DNA from: an uncultured Candidatus Saccharibacteria bacterium
GTDB lineage: Bacteria; Patescibacteriota; Minisyncoccia; Minisyncoccales; PWPS01
Direction: 5' to 3'
Length of the DNA: 64,000 nucleotides
NCBI GenBank assembly: GCA_964507105.1
Contig: CAZDOR010000003.1
Coordinates: 15,011-79,010 of the forward strand
Made by a program: the position numbers and the translations under genes. How positions within the stretch are numbered: the stretch's first letter is position 1; each line of letters starts with the position of its first letter. The notes beneath the pieces are model-generated. The model did not search any database, was not told where the DNA came from, and worked only from the letters and a program-made list of their open reading frames with translations. This document shows positions 1-9,761 of the stretch, in pieces.

Positions 1-48
1 AAAAAACCGGTAATAAATTTAATCCGAAGTGGGAAGTAAAATTTTAAT

Positions 49-738
49 ATGAATCAGGAAGAATTAGAAAAAATCCGGGAAACAGAAAGGGAAACGGAAA
101 AAGGACAGACCTCTCATTTATTTTTGAGGTTAATAAAAGTGGGAACAGCTTTAATGTTAATCTTGGGAATGGTCTATTTTTCCGGATTACGGGAATATTT
201 CTTTTTTAGAAAAACTCCCACGGATGTAACTGTTCGGGAGGTGGAGCAAGTTTTACAGGTAGAAAACAGAGAACTTCCGATCCGAATTTTTATTATTAGA
301 GAACCCACCTTGGGTTCGAGAAGAGAGAAAGATAATATTTTTTCAATGATAGACAACAGTTCAAAAATATTATCTCAAGCCGGTATTGATTTAAAAATTG
401 GTGAAGTAAAAAGTGTCGAAATTAACAGAAAAAAAGTGTCCGAATTAATACAGGGAAATTTTAATTCGATAAAAAAAGAAAAGGGTAAAGTAAATTTAAT
501 TTTAGTAAAGACACTTGGTGAATTAAACGGATTAGCTTATCCGGGCAGAAACGTTATTATAATTCCGGACTATCTTGCGGGCAGGGATTATCGGACACTT
601 ACCCACGAGATAGGTCATCTTTTAGGGCTCGGGCACAAAGATGATTCTCGCTATGCAATGAGCCAAGGGTCCTCGGGAATTTTATTTTCGGAAGACGAAG
701 TGATTAAAATGAGAAAAAAATTAGATGAAAGATTTTAA
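49..738 (+). CDS. membrane-anchored zinc metalloprotease (metzincin-like)
   Basis: 229-aa ORF with an N-terminal hydrophobic helix (GTALMLILGMVYFSGL). HEIGHLLGLGH matches the HExxHxxGxxH zinc-binding signature. Confidence 0.6.
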   Translation: MNQEELEKIRETERETEKGQTSHLFLRLIKVGTALMLILGMVYFSGLREYFFFRKTPTDVTVREVEQVLQVENRELPIRIFIIREPTLGSRREKDNIFSMIDNSSKILSQAGIDLKIGEVKSVEINRKKVSELIQGNFNSIKKEKGKVNLILVKTLGELNGLAYPGRNVIIIPDYLAGRDYRTLTHEIGHLLGLGHKDDSRYAMSQGSSGILFSEDEVIKMRKKLDERF

Positions 739-3700
739 AGAAAGTTATAATCGACTAAATAAAGAACAAAAAAGTGCTGTTGAAACTCTCGACGGACCGG
801 TGATGGTGGTTGCCGGGCCGGGATCGGGAAAAACGGAGCTTCTTTCCGTTAGAGCGGCTAATATACTGAAAAAAAAGGATGTTCCGGCCGGTAGTTTATT
901 ATGCTTAACTTATACCGATGCAGCAGCTCTCAATATGAAGGAAAGATTGTCGGGGATGATAGGTGAGGAAGGTTACAAAGTTCCTGTTTTTACTTTTCAT
1001 AGTTTTTGCAAGGAAATTATAGATAATAATTCGGAATACTTTTACAGAGGTGCCGATTTTGATTTGGCTGATGAGATAACCAAGACTGAGATTTTGGAGG
1101 AGATTATTGAAGATTTAGATTATGATAATCCATTAAATAGTAAGCATCCCTCTTTGGGTTATGTTTATCTTAATTCAATAAAATCAATAATCCCGGAACT
1201 AAAAAAAGCGGGAATAACACCGGATGAATTAAATTCTGCATTGCAGGCAAATAGAAAAATAATTGAAGACACAAATCCCTTAATTGAATCTGTCTTTAGT
1301 AGAAGGGTATCAAAATCAATGAGATCCGAAATTGAGAAGCTAATTGAAGAGATTAACGATTTAGAAGTGAACTTTCCCCTGGATAATTTCAAACCGTTAA
1401 ACAAAGTAATTGCCGACTCTCTAAAGAAATCTCTGGAAGTTGAAAAAACGAAAGGGATAACGGCTTGGAAAAATGATTGGACCAAGAAAAGAAATGGTAA
1501 AAATGTTTTAAAAGACGACTATTACATAGAAAAACATAAAAGTTTAGCTCGAATTTATAAAAAATATGAAGAGGAGATGTATAGGAGGGGTCTTTATGAT
1601 TTTTCAGATATGATTTTGGATGTAATAAAGGTTTTGGAAAGGGAGGATTCTCTGAGATACGACCTTCAAGAAAAATATTTATATATAATGGTTGATGAAT
1701 TTCAGGACACGAGTGGAGTACAGATGAGGCTTCTTAAAAATTTAACTAAAGATGAGCCTCACGGACGACCCAACATTTGTGTCGTAGGTGACGACGATCA
1801 GGCGATTTATAGATTTCAGGGAGCAGAAGTGTCCAATATTTTAAATTTTAAGAACTGGTATGAAGATGTAGGAGTTATAACTTTAGTTAAGAATTATAGA
1901 TCCGGCCAAAGGATTATAGACTCAGCGAAAGAAGTTATATCAAGAGGATCGGAAAGATTAGAAGACAAGCTTGAAGAAGTTAATAAAGATCTGCAGTCGG
2001 TTAAAGATTCAAAAGAGACCATAGAAGCAAAGAGCTTCAAGACAAAAGAAGAGGAGTATTCCTATGTTGCAAAAAGAGTAAAAGAATTAATAGAGGGCGG
2101 AACCAAGCCGCAAGAGATAGCGGTAATAGCCAGAAAACACAAGATACTCAAAGAAGCGGCTCCATATTTTGCCGATATGGGTGTGCCGATATATGCCGAA
2201 AGAAAAGTTAATGTGTTGGAGAATGAAGTTGTTCGACAAATAATAAAAATTATAAGATTTGCCATCTATCTCTTGGAGGGGGACGAAGATAAAGCTGACG
2301 AGCTTTTACCCGAAATACTCAGTTATCCCTTTTGGCGCTTAGATAGAGAAGAGATATGGAAGCTGGCAAGAATAGCCTATAAAAGTAGAAATTCCTGGTT
2401 TGAAGAAATGGAAAAATCGGATCATTTTAAGGAGGTTTTTGAATTTTTATCTGAATTATCCAAAAAAGCTCAGTACAAAACAGCCGAAGAGGTGATAGAT
2501 CTAACTGTTGGAAATGCAGAGTTAAACCCTAAAAGCCCACTTAAAAATTATTATTTTAACAAAGAAAACCTTAAAGAAGATCCGACAACTTATTTTAAGT
2601 TTCTTTCCGCCCTAAAGAAGTTTACTTTTTCACTGAGAAGTTTCAAAGAAGGTCGGCTTTTAAAAGCTGAAGATGTATTGGATTTTTATGATAGACATGT
2701 CGACAATGATATAGCAATAAACGACACTAACCCACTGGTTACCGATTCGGACTCGGTTTCGCTTATTACGGCTCATAGTGGTAAAGGTAGAGAGTTCGAT
2801 GCAGTATTCGTTCTTAGTTGCCAATCTGAGGTTTGGGCCGGTTCCGGAAAAGGAGGTAAGTTACCTTTACCATCTAATTTACCACTTAGCGTCAAAGAGA
2901 CGAGAGATGATCATCTAAGGCTTTTCTATGTGACCCTGACCAGAGCAAAGTGGTTTTTATCTCTCACATCACACAAAAAAAGAAGTAGCGGAAGAGGGTA
3001 CTCTCCTTTGGAATTTATTGACCACTTTAATATTGAGGACGAGAATACAGAAGTCGGCTATAAAGAGCTTGAAGCTTCAAGAAAAAGCTTTTATTCACCA
3101 CCGTTTAAGGCGCGTGAACGTGACCTTTTGAAATCATCTGTAAAAGATTATTTTCTTAGCCCCACCGGTTTGAATAAATACTTGAATGTAGTCGACGATG
3201 GTCCGGAAGTTTTTTTGCAAGACACCTTGCTTAGATTTCCCTCCAAAAAGCATCCCGCGGCCTGTAATGGAACGGCAATTCATCAAACGTTGGCATGGAT
3301 ATACAATCAATTGAAGTCGACTGACAAGCTCCCCACAGAGGATGAGGTTTTAAATAGTTTTGAAAAGTATCTGAAAAAGCAAAGACTCTCCGGTAAGGAT
3401 TTTGAAAAGTTTTTAAAAAAAGGGACAGATGCTTTAAAGGTTTTTTATAAAGAAAGAAGGGAAAATTTTGATTCAGGTCATAAAATAGAAAAAAACTTTA
3501 GGAATCAAGGAGTTAAAGTTGCAGGGCATAGATTGACCGGAAAGATAGATAAAATTGAAATTGACGGGAATAAGATGGTAGTTACCGACTTTAAAACGGG
3601 AAACCCCATTAAAAAATGGAAATCATTAAGAGGCTACGATCGTATTAAAGCTTGGAAATATAAAAATCAACTTATTTTTTATAAGCTCTTAATTAAAAAC

Positions 3701-3946
3701 TCTACTGATTTTGAGAATTATGATGTCGATGTGGCTTGTTTAGAGTTTGTGGAGCCGACAAGCGAAGGAGAAATAGTTAAATTACCATTAAAAATAAAAG
3801 ATGATGATGTAGAGCGAGTTAAGAATTTAATAGAGATAGTTATGAAAAGGATTAAAAACCTTAATTTTTCCACCGATGAAGATTATTCAAGAAATTCCGT
3901 TTCAGAAATTAAAAAATTCGAAGATAAACTATTGAAAAATATATGA
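725..3946 (+). CDS. UvrD/PcrA-family helicase fused to a C-terminal RecB-type PD-(D/E)XK nuclease (AddA-like)
   Basis: 1073 aa. Helicase motifs: Walker A GPGSGKTE, DEFQDT, VGDDDQAIYRFQGA. C-terminal nuclease motifs: GKIDKIE, VTDFKTG, QLIFY. Overlaps the upstream ORF by 14 nt. Confidence 0.8.
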   Translation: MKDFKESYNRLNKEQKSAVETLDGPVMVVAGPGSGKTELLSVRAANILKKKDVPAGSLLCLTYTDAAALNMKERLSGMIGEEGYKVPVFTFHSFCKEIIDNNSEYFYRGADFDLADEITKTEILEEIIEDLDYDNPLNSKHPSLGYVYLNSIKSIIPELKKAGITPDELNSALQANRKIIEDTNPLIESVFSRRVSKSMRSEIEKLIEEINDLEVNFPLDNFKPLNKVIADSLKKSLEVEKTKGITAWKNDWTKKRNGKNVLKDDYYIEKHKSLARIYKKYEEEMYRRGLYDFSDMILDVIKVLEREDSLRYDLQEKYLYIMVDEFQDTSGVQMRLLKNLTKDEPHGRPNICVVGDDDQAIYRFQGAEVSNILNFKNWYEDVGVITLVKNYRSGQRIIDSAKEVISRGSERLEDKLEEVNKDLQSVKDSKETIEAKSFKTKEEEYSYVAKRVKELIEGGTKPQEIAVIARKHKILKEAAPYFADMGVPIYAERKVNVLENEVVRQIIKIIRFAIYLLEGDEDKADELLPEILSYPFWRLDREEIWKLARIAYKSRNSWFEEMEKSDHFKEVFEFLSELSKKAQYKTAEEVIDLTVGNAELNPKSPLKNYYFNKENLKEDPTTYFKFLSALKKFTFSLRSFKEGRLLKAEDVLDFYDRHVDNDIAINDTNPLVTDSDSVSLITAHSGKGREFDAVFVLSCQSEVWAGSGKGGKLPLPSNLPLSVKETRDDHLRLFYVTLTRAKWFLSLTSHKKRSSGRGYSPLEFIDHFNIEDENTEVGYKELEASRKSFYSPPFKARERDLLKSSVKDYFLSPTGLNKYLNVVDDGPEVFLQDTLLRFPSKKHPAACNGTAIHQTLAWIYNQLKSTDKLPTEDEVLNSFEKYLKKQRLSGKDFEKFLKKGTDALKVFYKERRENFDSGHKIEKNFRNQGVKVAGHRLTGKIDKIEIDGNKMVVTDFKTGNPIKKWKSLRGYDRIKAWKYKNQLIFYKLLIKNSTDFENYDVDVACLEFVEPTSEGEIVKLPLKIKDDDVERVKNLIEIVMKRIKNLNFSTDEDYSRNSVSEIKKFEDKLLKNI

Positions 3947-4416
3947 AAAAGTTAAAACCAAACTATTTTATAATTCCATTGGTCACTATTGGTGTTGCAT
4001 TGCTTGGAAATTATTTTACATCTCAAGGAGTAAACGGTTGGTATGATGAGTTAGCTAAACCGGAATGGACACCCGGCGGAGCGTTTATAGGTGCCATGTG
4101 GACTTTTTTGTACGTTTTGGTCACTGTTATAGTTTTAAAATTTTGGAATAAATTCAAGGGTAGTAATAATTTTAAGATTATAATTGGGTTGTTTGTTTTG
4201 AATGCACTGCTTAATGCTACTTGGTCTATGTTATTTTTCGGTTTTAATCTCTTGGGATTTTCTTTAATACATATTGTTGCCTTAAATTTAACGATTATTG
4301 CTCTAATGGTTTTAATTTGGCCGAAATCAAAATTTTTATCAATAGGACTTATCCCTTATACGGGCTGGGTTTTTGTGGCGAGCGTATTGAATTACTTTAT
4401 TTGGACTTTGAATTAA
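3943..4416 (+). CDS. tspO: TspO/MBR family tryptophan-rich sensory protein
   Basis: 157 aa with five hydrophobic helices. GWYDELAKPEWTPGGAFIGAMWTFLY is typical of TspO. ATGA overlap with the helicase gene. Confidence 0.8.
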   Translation: MKKLKPNYFIIPLVTIGVALLGNYFTSQGVNGWYDELAKPEWTPGGAFIGAMWTFLYVLVTVIVLKFWNKFKGSNNFKIIIGLFVLNALLNATWSMLFFGFNLLGFSLIHIVALNLTIIALMVLIWPKSKFLSIGLIPYTGWVFVASVLNYFIWTLN

Positions 4417-4420
4417 TACT

Positions 4421-5464
4421 ATGATTTTACATTTGGACATGGATTATTTTTTCGCTCAAGTGGAGGAGCGAGAGAACCCCAGATTCAAAGGAAAGCCTTT
4501 AGTTGTAGGAGCTGACCCCAAAGGCGGGGAGGCGAGGGGTGTTGTTTCGACTTGTAATTATGAGGCGAGGAAATTCGGTATACACTCGGGAATGGCAATT
4601 TCCAAAGCCTATACGGCCTGTCCCGATGCCATCTATTTGCCTGTTAACAAAGATCTTTATCAAAAAACTTCTGAAAATATTTTTAAAATTATGGAAGGTG
4701 TGACGAAAAGAATCGAAAGAATTTCTTTTGATGAGGCTTACCTCAATTTATCGGAAGTTGTAAAAAATTGCGGTCAGGCAAAAAAGATTGGAGAAGATTT
4801 AAAGAAATTAATTTTAAGAAAAGAGGAGTTGACTTGCAGTGTGGGTATAGGGGAAAATAAAATGGTAGCAAAGATGGCCTCCGAAGAAGAAAAGCCGGAT
4901 GGCCTTACCGTGATAAAACCGAAAGATACAGTCAAATACATATCGAAAAAACCGATTGAAGAGGTTCCCGGAATAGGTCCGAAAACAAAATCAAAAATAG
5001 AGATTTTTTTGGGGAAGTCGAATCCGAAGATTAAAGATTTGAGAAGCTTGTCAAAGACTCAACTTAAAGATGAGCTGGGTAAAAGGGGCGAGTCTATTTT
5101 TGAACGAGCCAGGGGGAGGGACAGCTCAAAGGTATCTTCAAAAGTTAAAACCAAGTCACTGGGTCGGGAAACGACTTTTAATAAAAACACAACTGATCCG
5201 GAGAAGATAATATCCACTTTCAAGTCCATCTGTAAAGAAGTGGCCGAGTTGGCTAAAGAGGAGGGGTTGATAAAGACAGTGGTAGCCGTCTGCAGATTTG
5301 AGGGTTTTAACACCTATACCAGGCAAATTTCCTTTAATCCACAAAAACCGACTGAAAAATTAATTTATAAAAGGGGAGTTAGATTGTTACTTAAACTTTT
5401 GGCAGAAAAAACCAAACCGGTTAGACTTTTAGGAGTTAGAGTTATTTTTAACCAAGATAATTAG
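4421..5464 (+). CDS. dinB: DNA polymerase IV (Y-family)
   Basis: N-terminus MILHLDMDYFFAQVEERENP, SFDEAYLNL catalytic motif, PIEEVPGIGPKT helix-hairpin-helix region. 347 aa. Confidence 0.9.
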   Translation: MILHLDMDYFFAQVEERENPRFKGKPLVVGADPKGGEARGVVSTCNYEARKFGIHSGMAISKAYTACPDAIYLPVNKDLYQKTSENIFKIMEGVTKRIERISFDEAYLNLSEVVKNCGQAKKIGEDLKKLILRKEELTCSVGIGENKMVAKMASEEEKPDGLTVIKPKDTVKYISKKPIEEVPGIGPKTKSKIEIFLGKSNPKIKDLRSLSKTQLKDELGKRGESIFERARGRDSSKVSSKVKTKSLGRETTFNKNTTDPEKIISTFKSICKEVAELAKEEGLIKTVVAVCRFEGFNTYTRQISFNPQKPTEKLIYKRGVRLLLKLLAEKTKPVRLLGVRVIFNQDN

Positions 5465-5468
5465 TTTT

Positions 5469-5945
5469 ATGAAAGTCGTAATTATATACGCTTCTATTCA
5501 TCATAAAAACACTGAAAAAATAGCTCGGGAAATAAATGAAGAATTAAATGGGGAGCTAATTCCTTTTAGTGAAACTTCTGAAAAAGATGTGGTAAAAGCT
5601 GACCTTGTAGGTTTTGGTTCGGGGATATATATGAGAAAATTTCATAACGGCTTGATAAGGTTTATTAAAGATTTACCCGAGATGAATGAAAAAAAATGCT
5701 TTCTATTTTCAACAGCCGGATCAAAAAGCATTATCTTCAATCGGGGACATAAATTAATTAAAAGAATTTTAAAAAATAAAAACTTTAAGGTTGTTGGTGA
5801 ATTCGATTGCTTGGGTTATGACAGTTTTGGCCCCTTGAAGTTTTTCGGCGGAGTTAACAAAGGTAGGCCAAATAAAAGTGATTTAAACGATGCGAGAGAA
5901 TTTGCTAAAAAATTATCGATTCAAAACAAAAAGAGCAAAGATTAA
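5469..5945 (+). CDS. flavodoxin-like fold protein
   Basis: MKVVIIYASIHHKNTEKIA N-terminus and GFGSGIY loop are typical of short flavodoxin-family proteins. 158 aa. Confidence 0.55.
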   Translation: MKVVIIYASIHHKNTEKIAREINEELNGELIPFSETSEKDVVKADLVGFGSGIYMRKFHNGLIRFIKDLPEMNEKKCFLFSTAGSKSIIFNRGHKLIKRILKNKNFKVVGEFDCLGYDSFGPLKFFGGVNKGRPNKSDLNDAREFAKKLSIQNKKSKD

Positions 5946-6005
5946 CTTGAAAAACAATAATTTTAAATAAATTTATTTTTAAAATACACTTATCTAAAAA
6001 GATAA

Positions 6006-6890
6006 ATGAATAACAAACTAAAAATAGTTTTAAAAGGGCTGGCTTATATTATATTAATCCATGTTTTAGTTTCTTTGGTAGTGGTTTTTATACTGATCAA
6101 TCCACGAGAAAACAATATTACCGAAAATCCGGAAGATTACGGTTTGAATTATGAAGAAGTTGAATTCAAATCTCGTGACGGGATTAATCTGCAAGGGTGG
6201 TTTATCGAATCCCTTTCCGAAGATGCCTTAGCAACAGTGGTTTTGATGCACGGATATCCGGAAAACAAAAGCAGTTTGATTCCCGAAGCGAGTTATTTAA
6301 TCGAAGATTTCGATGTTTTTGTGTTTGATTTTAGGGCTTTAGGGGATAGTGAGGGTAATATTTCGACTTTGGGGGCGAAAGAAACTGAAGATTTACATGG
6401 AGCTCTCGATTATATTAAAGGTAATAAGCGCAACGAAAATATTTTTCTTTGGGGCTTTTCGATGGGTGGTGGTGTCGCTTTACAGGTTGCCCCGGAAAGA
6501 GATGATGTTGATGCGGTTGTATCGGACACCTCTTTTTCAAGTATGGGTAAAAGTGTAGAGGATATTTTTCCAGTTCCGGTTTTAAGAAAAACCATAAAAC
6601 CCTTCATCGGTTTTTGGGTGGATACCTTGGTGAAAATTGATATTGAAAAAGTCTCTCCAAAGAAGTCTGCTGAAAAAATAACCATACCCGTTTATTTAAT
6701 ACACGCAAAAGACGATCCACATGTTTCAATAGAGCACGGCCGGCGTTTGGAGGAAGCACTAATTGAAAATCCCGGATTGACGACCAACTTTATTGATGGA
6801 AGGGCGACATGTCCCGATATTTCGGCATGCGGAACTGCAGAACAGCCGGTTAGCGAATGGCTGATTGAAATCGCGGAAGAGGATGCATAA
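6006..6890 (+). CDS. alpha/beta hydrolase, membrane-anchored
   Basis: N-terminal TM helix, HGYPENK oxyanion region, GFSMGG nucleophile elbow (GxSxG), and a late D/H (HAKDDPHV). Confidence 0.7.
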   Translation: MNNKLKIVLKGLAYIILIHVLVSLVVVFILINPRENNITENPEDYGLNYEEVEFKSRDGINLQGWFIESLSEDALATVVLMHGYPENKSSLIPEASYLIEDFDVFVFDFRALGDSEGNISTLGAKETEDLHGALDYIKGNKRNENIFLWGFSMGGGVALQVAPERDDVDAVVSDTSFSSMGKSVEDIFPVPVLRKTIKPFIGFWVDTLVKIDIEKVSPKKSAEKITIPVYLIHAKDDPHVSIEHGRRLEEALIENPGLTTNFIDGRATCPDISACGTAEQPVSEWLIEIAEEDA

Positions 6891-6915
6891 TTGTTACTAA
6901 TTTCCGGTTTAAAAA

Positions 6916-7956
6916 ATGTCAATAAAACCCGCTTTGAACTCATTTTTAAAAAAAGAGATTCGTCTGAAGCGACGAGAATTGCTTGATCTTGCTTTACTAT
7001 TTTTAGTTTTTATTTTTTCTTTATTTTTTTGGAATTATTTACGAAATATCGAAATAAATATTTATTTAATAGAACGTTTCGGTTTTCTGCATAATCTTGA
7101 TCCGTTTCCCTTTTTCGGGTTGTTTTTTTCTCTGATGATGTTGATCGGAGTGGAAGAAATTTTTATCTTCTTCCTTTTCCCGGTTTTTTATTGGGTGGAA
7201 GAAAAAAAACTGACCGTAAGAATGATTTTTGCTTTGCTTTTCGGAGCCACCGCCACCTTTTTTCTGAGAAGATTTTTACTTCTTCCTCGTCCATACATTC
7301 CGGAACATAATATGACTACAGCAGGCCCCTCTTTTCCGAGTGGCCATGTTGTTCAATTTATAATGGTCGGAGGAGTTTTGTTTTTACATTATAAAAACAG
7401 GCTTTTAAAATATTTTTTTGCGGGTTATTTGGTTTTTATGGGTTTTATAAGATTATTTACGGGAAACCACTTTCTTGATGATGTCGTTTTTGGGTTAATT
7501 TTTGGTGGGTTTTTGATATATTTATTCGATAAAATAGTTACCGTATTGGAAAGTATCGATATAGATTTATATTTTTATCTTTATCTGATAACTTTGGCAG
7601 CCCTTCCCGTTACTACTTTTGTTCTCAGTGGAAGCGCTACGAGACATAACCGTCTACTTTTTTATTTTGCGGGATTTTTATTTGGGTATATTTTGGATAG
7701 GAATTTTTTCGGCAACTTGAAGTTAAGAAAAAAATTGGAGAAAAGAATTAAAATTATTTTCGGATTACTTATTGCTGCACCATTTGTTTTTTCGCATATT
7801 ACTGTAACAAGATTTATGGGACTCGGTTTGCCTTTCTATTTTGAGTTTCCCGCTTTCCTTTTTTTCGGGCTTTTTGCTTCTTTCCTTTGGCCGATTACAT
7901 TTCATAAGCTTTTCGGATTAATAAAGAAAAAAAGTGAAGAATTAGTTTATGGATAG
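6916..7956 (+). CDS. PAP2-family phosphatase, polytopic membrane protein
   Basis: Multi-TM protein of 346 aa. SFPSGH and GNHFLDDV match the PAP2 PSGH and HxxxD motifs. Confidence 0.65.
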   Translation: MSIKPALNSFLKKEIRLKRRELLDLALLFLVFIFSLFFWNYLRNIEINIYLIERFGFLHNLDPFPFFGLFFSLMMLIGVEEIFIFFLFPVFYWVEEKKLTVRMIFALLFGATATFFLRRFLLLPRPYIPEHNMTTAGPSFPSGHVVQFIMVGGVLFLHYKNRLLKYFFAGYLVFMGFIRLFTGNHFLDDVVFGLIFGGFLIYLFDKIVTVLESIDIDLYFYLYLITLAALPVTTFVLSGSATRHNRLLFYFAGFLFGYILDRNFFGNLKLRKKLEKRIKIIFGLLIAAPFVFSHITVTRFMGLGLPFYFEFPAFLFFGLFASFLWPITFHKLFGLIKKKSEELVYG

Positions 7957-8066
7957 TGGCACAATTAGAAGACTGAATTAAAGCGAGTTTATGTAAAGTT
8001 TTCTATCCAAAATTATTGTGTTAAAATTATCTAAAAGAGTTAAAAATATAAATAATTATTAAAAGT

Positions 8067-8474
8067 ATGACTAAATTAAAAGAAATATACAAATGCCAGG
8101 TTTGTGAAAATATTACGGAAGTAATCCATGAAGGAGTAGGTGAGCTTGTTTGTTGTGAAAAACCAATGGAAGTTATGGAGGCAAAAAAGGAAGATAAAGG
8201 TGGTGAAAAGCACGTACCGGTAATTGAAAAGCTTCCCGGCAAAGTATGCGATGGAAAAGATGGGTTTAAAGTGAAAGTTGGTGAGGCTAATCACCCGATG
8301 GAGGAGGAGCATTTTATAGAGTGGATAGAGATTAATACTGTAGATGGAAAATCCGGTAAAAAGTTTTTAACACCGAATTCCGATCCGGAAGTAATTTTTC
8401 AAACCAGAAAAGAGGTGAAGTCAGTTCGAGCGTATTGTAATATTCATGATTTATGGATTTTAGAATTAAAATAG
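8067..8474 (+). CDS. dfx: desulfoferrodoxin (2Fe superoxide reductase)
   Basis: N-terminal desulforedoxin-type CQVC..x15..CC. SOR centre residues EKHVPVIE, HPMEEEHFIEW, YCNIHDLW. Confidence 0.85.
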   Translation: MTKLKEIYKCQVCENITEVIHEGVGELVCCEKPMEVMEAKKEDKGGEKHVPVIEKLPGKVCDGKDGFKVKVGEANHPMEEEHFIEWIEINTVDGKSGKKFLTPNSDPEVIFQTRKEVKSVRAYCNIHDLWILELK

Positions 8475-8478
8475 AAAT

Positions 8479-9480
8479 ATGAATGTAGCTATAATTTTCG
8501 GAGGAAAATCAGCCGAACACGAGGTCTCTTTAAGGTCTGCAAAAAGCATCCTTAACGCTTTAGATAGTAAATTTACTCCCATATTAATTGGCATTTCAAA
8601 AGAAGGGAAATGGTTTTTATGTGATAAAATTCCCGAGAGAGAGGTGGTTGGAGGTGAGACGGAGATAACCATTATGCCGGGAAAGGGGCTTCTTAATGCA
8701 GATGTGGTTTTCCCCGTCCTGCATGGTCCGAATGGAGAGGATGGTACTATTCAGGGGTTATTCAGAATGATAGATATACCGTTTGTAGCTTCCGGAGTTT
8801 TAGGTTCATCTGTTGCAATGGACAAAGAAGTTAGTAAAATTTTGCTTGAAAGTAAAGGGATTCCGGTTGTTGACTGGATTAGTTTTCAGAATGAGATTGA
8901 TATTGAGAGAGTGGAAGAAGAGTTTGATTATCCTATTTTTGTAAAACCGGCAAATTTGGGTTCATCAGTAGGAGTGTCGAAAGCGGAAAATCGAAAAGAG
9001 CTCGTAGAGGCATCAGATAAGGCCTTTCAATATGATGAAAAAATTATAGTTGAAAGAGCTATAGACGGTAAAGAGCTGGAATGTTCCGTTCTCGGGAATT
9101 TAAACCCCGAAGCATCAGTTATGGGAGAGATTAGACCGGATGATTTTTATTCGTATAAAGAAAAGTACAGCAATGACAGTAACACTGAGCTTTTGGTACC
9201 CGCGGATATAAGTGATGAGCTGGAAAAGAAATTGCAAAAATTAGCTGTTCGCGCTTTCAAGGCGAATATGTGTGAGGGTATGGCCAGAGTAGATTTTTTG
9301 GTTGAGGATGGAGATGTATTTGTAAATGAACTGAACACTATTCCCGGATTCACTAACATAAGCATGTACCCCAAATTATGGGAGGAGTCGGGTCTTAATT
9401 TTTCCACGTTAGTCACGGAGTTAATTCAATTGGCGATGGATAGGTACAACAGGAAAAATAAGCTAAAAACGAGCTGCTAA
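8479..9480 (+). CDS. ddl: D-alanine--D-alanine ligase
   Basis: VAIIFGGKSAEHEVSLRSA N-terminus and an ATP-grasp region (PIFVKPANLGSSVGVSKA, ARVDFLV..VNELNTIPGFT). 333 aa. Confidence 0.9.
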   Translation: MNVAIIFGGKSAEHEVSLRSAKSILNALDSKFTPILIGISKEGKWFLCDKIPEREVVGGETEITIMPGKGLLNADVVFPVLHGPNGEDGTIQGLFRMIDIPFVASGVLGSSVAMDKEVSKILLESKGIPVVDWISFQNEIDIERVEEEFDYPIFVKPANLGSSVGVSKAENRKELVEASDKAFQYDEKIIVERAIDGKELECSVLGNLNPEASVMGEIRPDDFYSYKEKYSNDSNTELLVPADISDELEKKLQKLAVRAFKANMCEGMARVDFLVEDGDVFVNELNTIPGFTNISMYPKLWEESGLNFSTLVTELIQLAMDRYNRKNKLKTSC

Positions 9481-9507
9481 AAAAAAGAGAGGAATTTAAT
9501 CCTCTCG
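9481..9507. terminator. hairpin between convergent ddl and the small basic ORF; T-run on the minus strand
   Basis: GAGAGG (9487-9492) pairs with CCTCTC (9501-9506). The A6 at 9481-9486 reads as a T-run on the minus strand. Confidence 0.55.
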
Positions 9508-9681
9508 ACTTATATTCCTCCGTTTCTCTTTTAAGTATTGCTGAAAATCTTTTGTCCGTTTATTTTTGTTTCTCTTTTTATCGTCTAACGATTTGGAACA
9601 GGGCTTGATCGGAGCCACCTTAATAACATTTTTTCTCCGCTCAACCTTCAAGAGGTCACCTCCCTTGACGTATGATATCAA
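9496..9681 (-). CDS. small highly basic protein, unknown function
   Basis: The 61-aa ORF starts at TTG. An internal GGAGG (plus 9659-9663) lies 7 nt before an in-frame TTG at 9651, giving an alternative 51-aa product. The stop codon sits in the loop of a hairpin followed by a T-run on this strand. Confidence 0.35.
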   Translation of the reverse strand: MISYVKGGDLLKVERRKNVIKVAPIKPCSKSLDDKKRNKNKRTKDFQQYLKEKRRNISRED

Positions 9682-9722
9682 AGTTAATTTTTTTGAAAAC
9701 CCTAAAAAATAATGTTGCTTTG

Positions 9723-9731
9723 TGCTATATT
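9723..9731 (+). promoter_or_regulatory. extended -10 element upstream of the DnaQ-like gene
   Basis: TGC-TATATT, 30 nt before the ATG at 9762. No convincing -35. Confidence 0.35.
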
Positions 9732-9761
9732 AATTGAAAGAAAAATTAATCAATAAAGACA

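Noticed and set aside
6349-6943. Several 69-91-aa ORFs overlapping the alpha/beta hydrolase gene on both strands
   Set aside because: They are nested in or antisense to a CDS with clear catalytic motifs, and they have no start signals or recognisable motifs.
8051-8060. Perfect 10-bp palindrome AATAATTATT just upstream of the desulfoferrodoxin start, reminiscent of Fur/PerR boxes
   Set aside because: Its match to the 7-1-7 PerR/Fur consensus is poor. AT-only palindromes of this length are expected by chance in such AT-rich spacers. I did not call it an operator.
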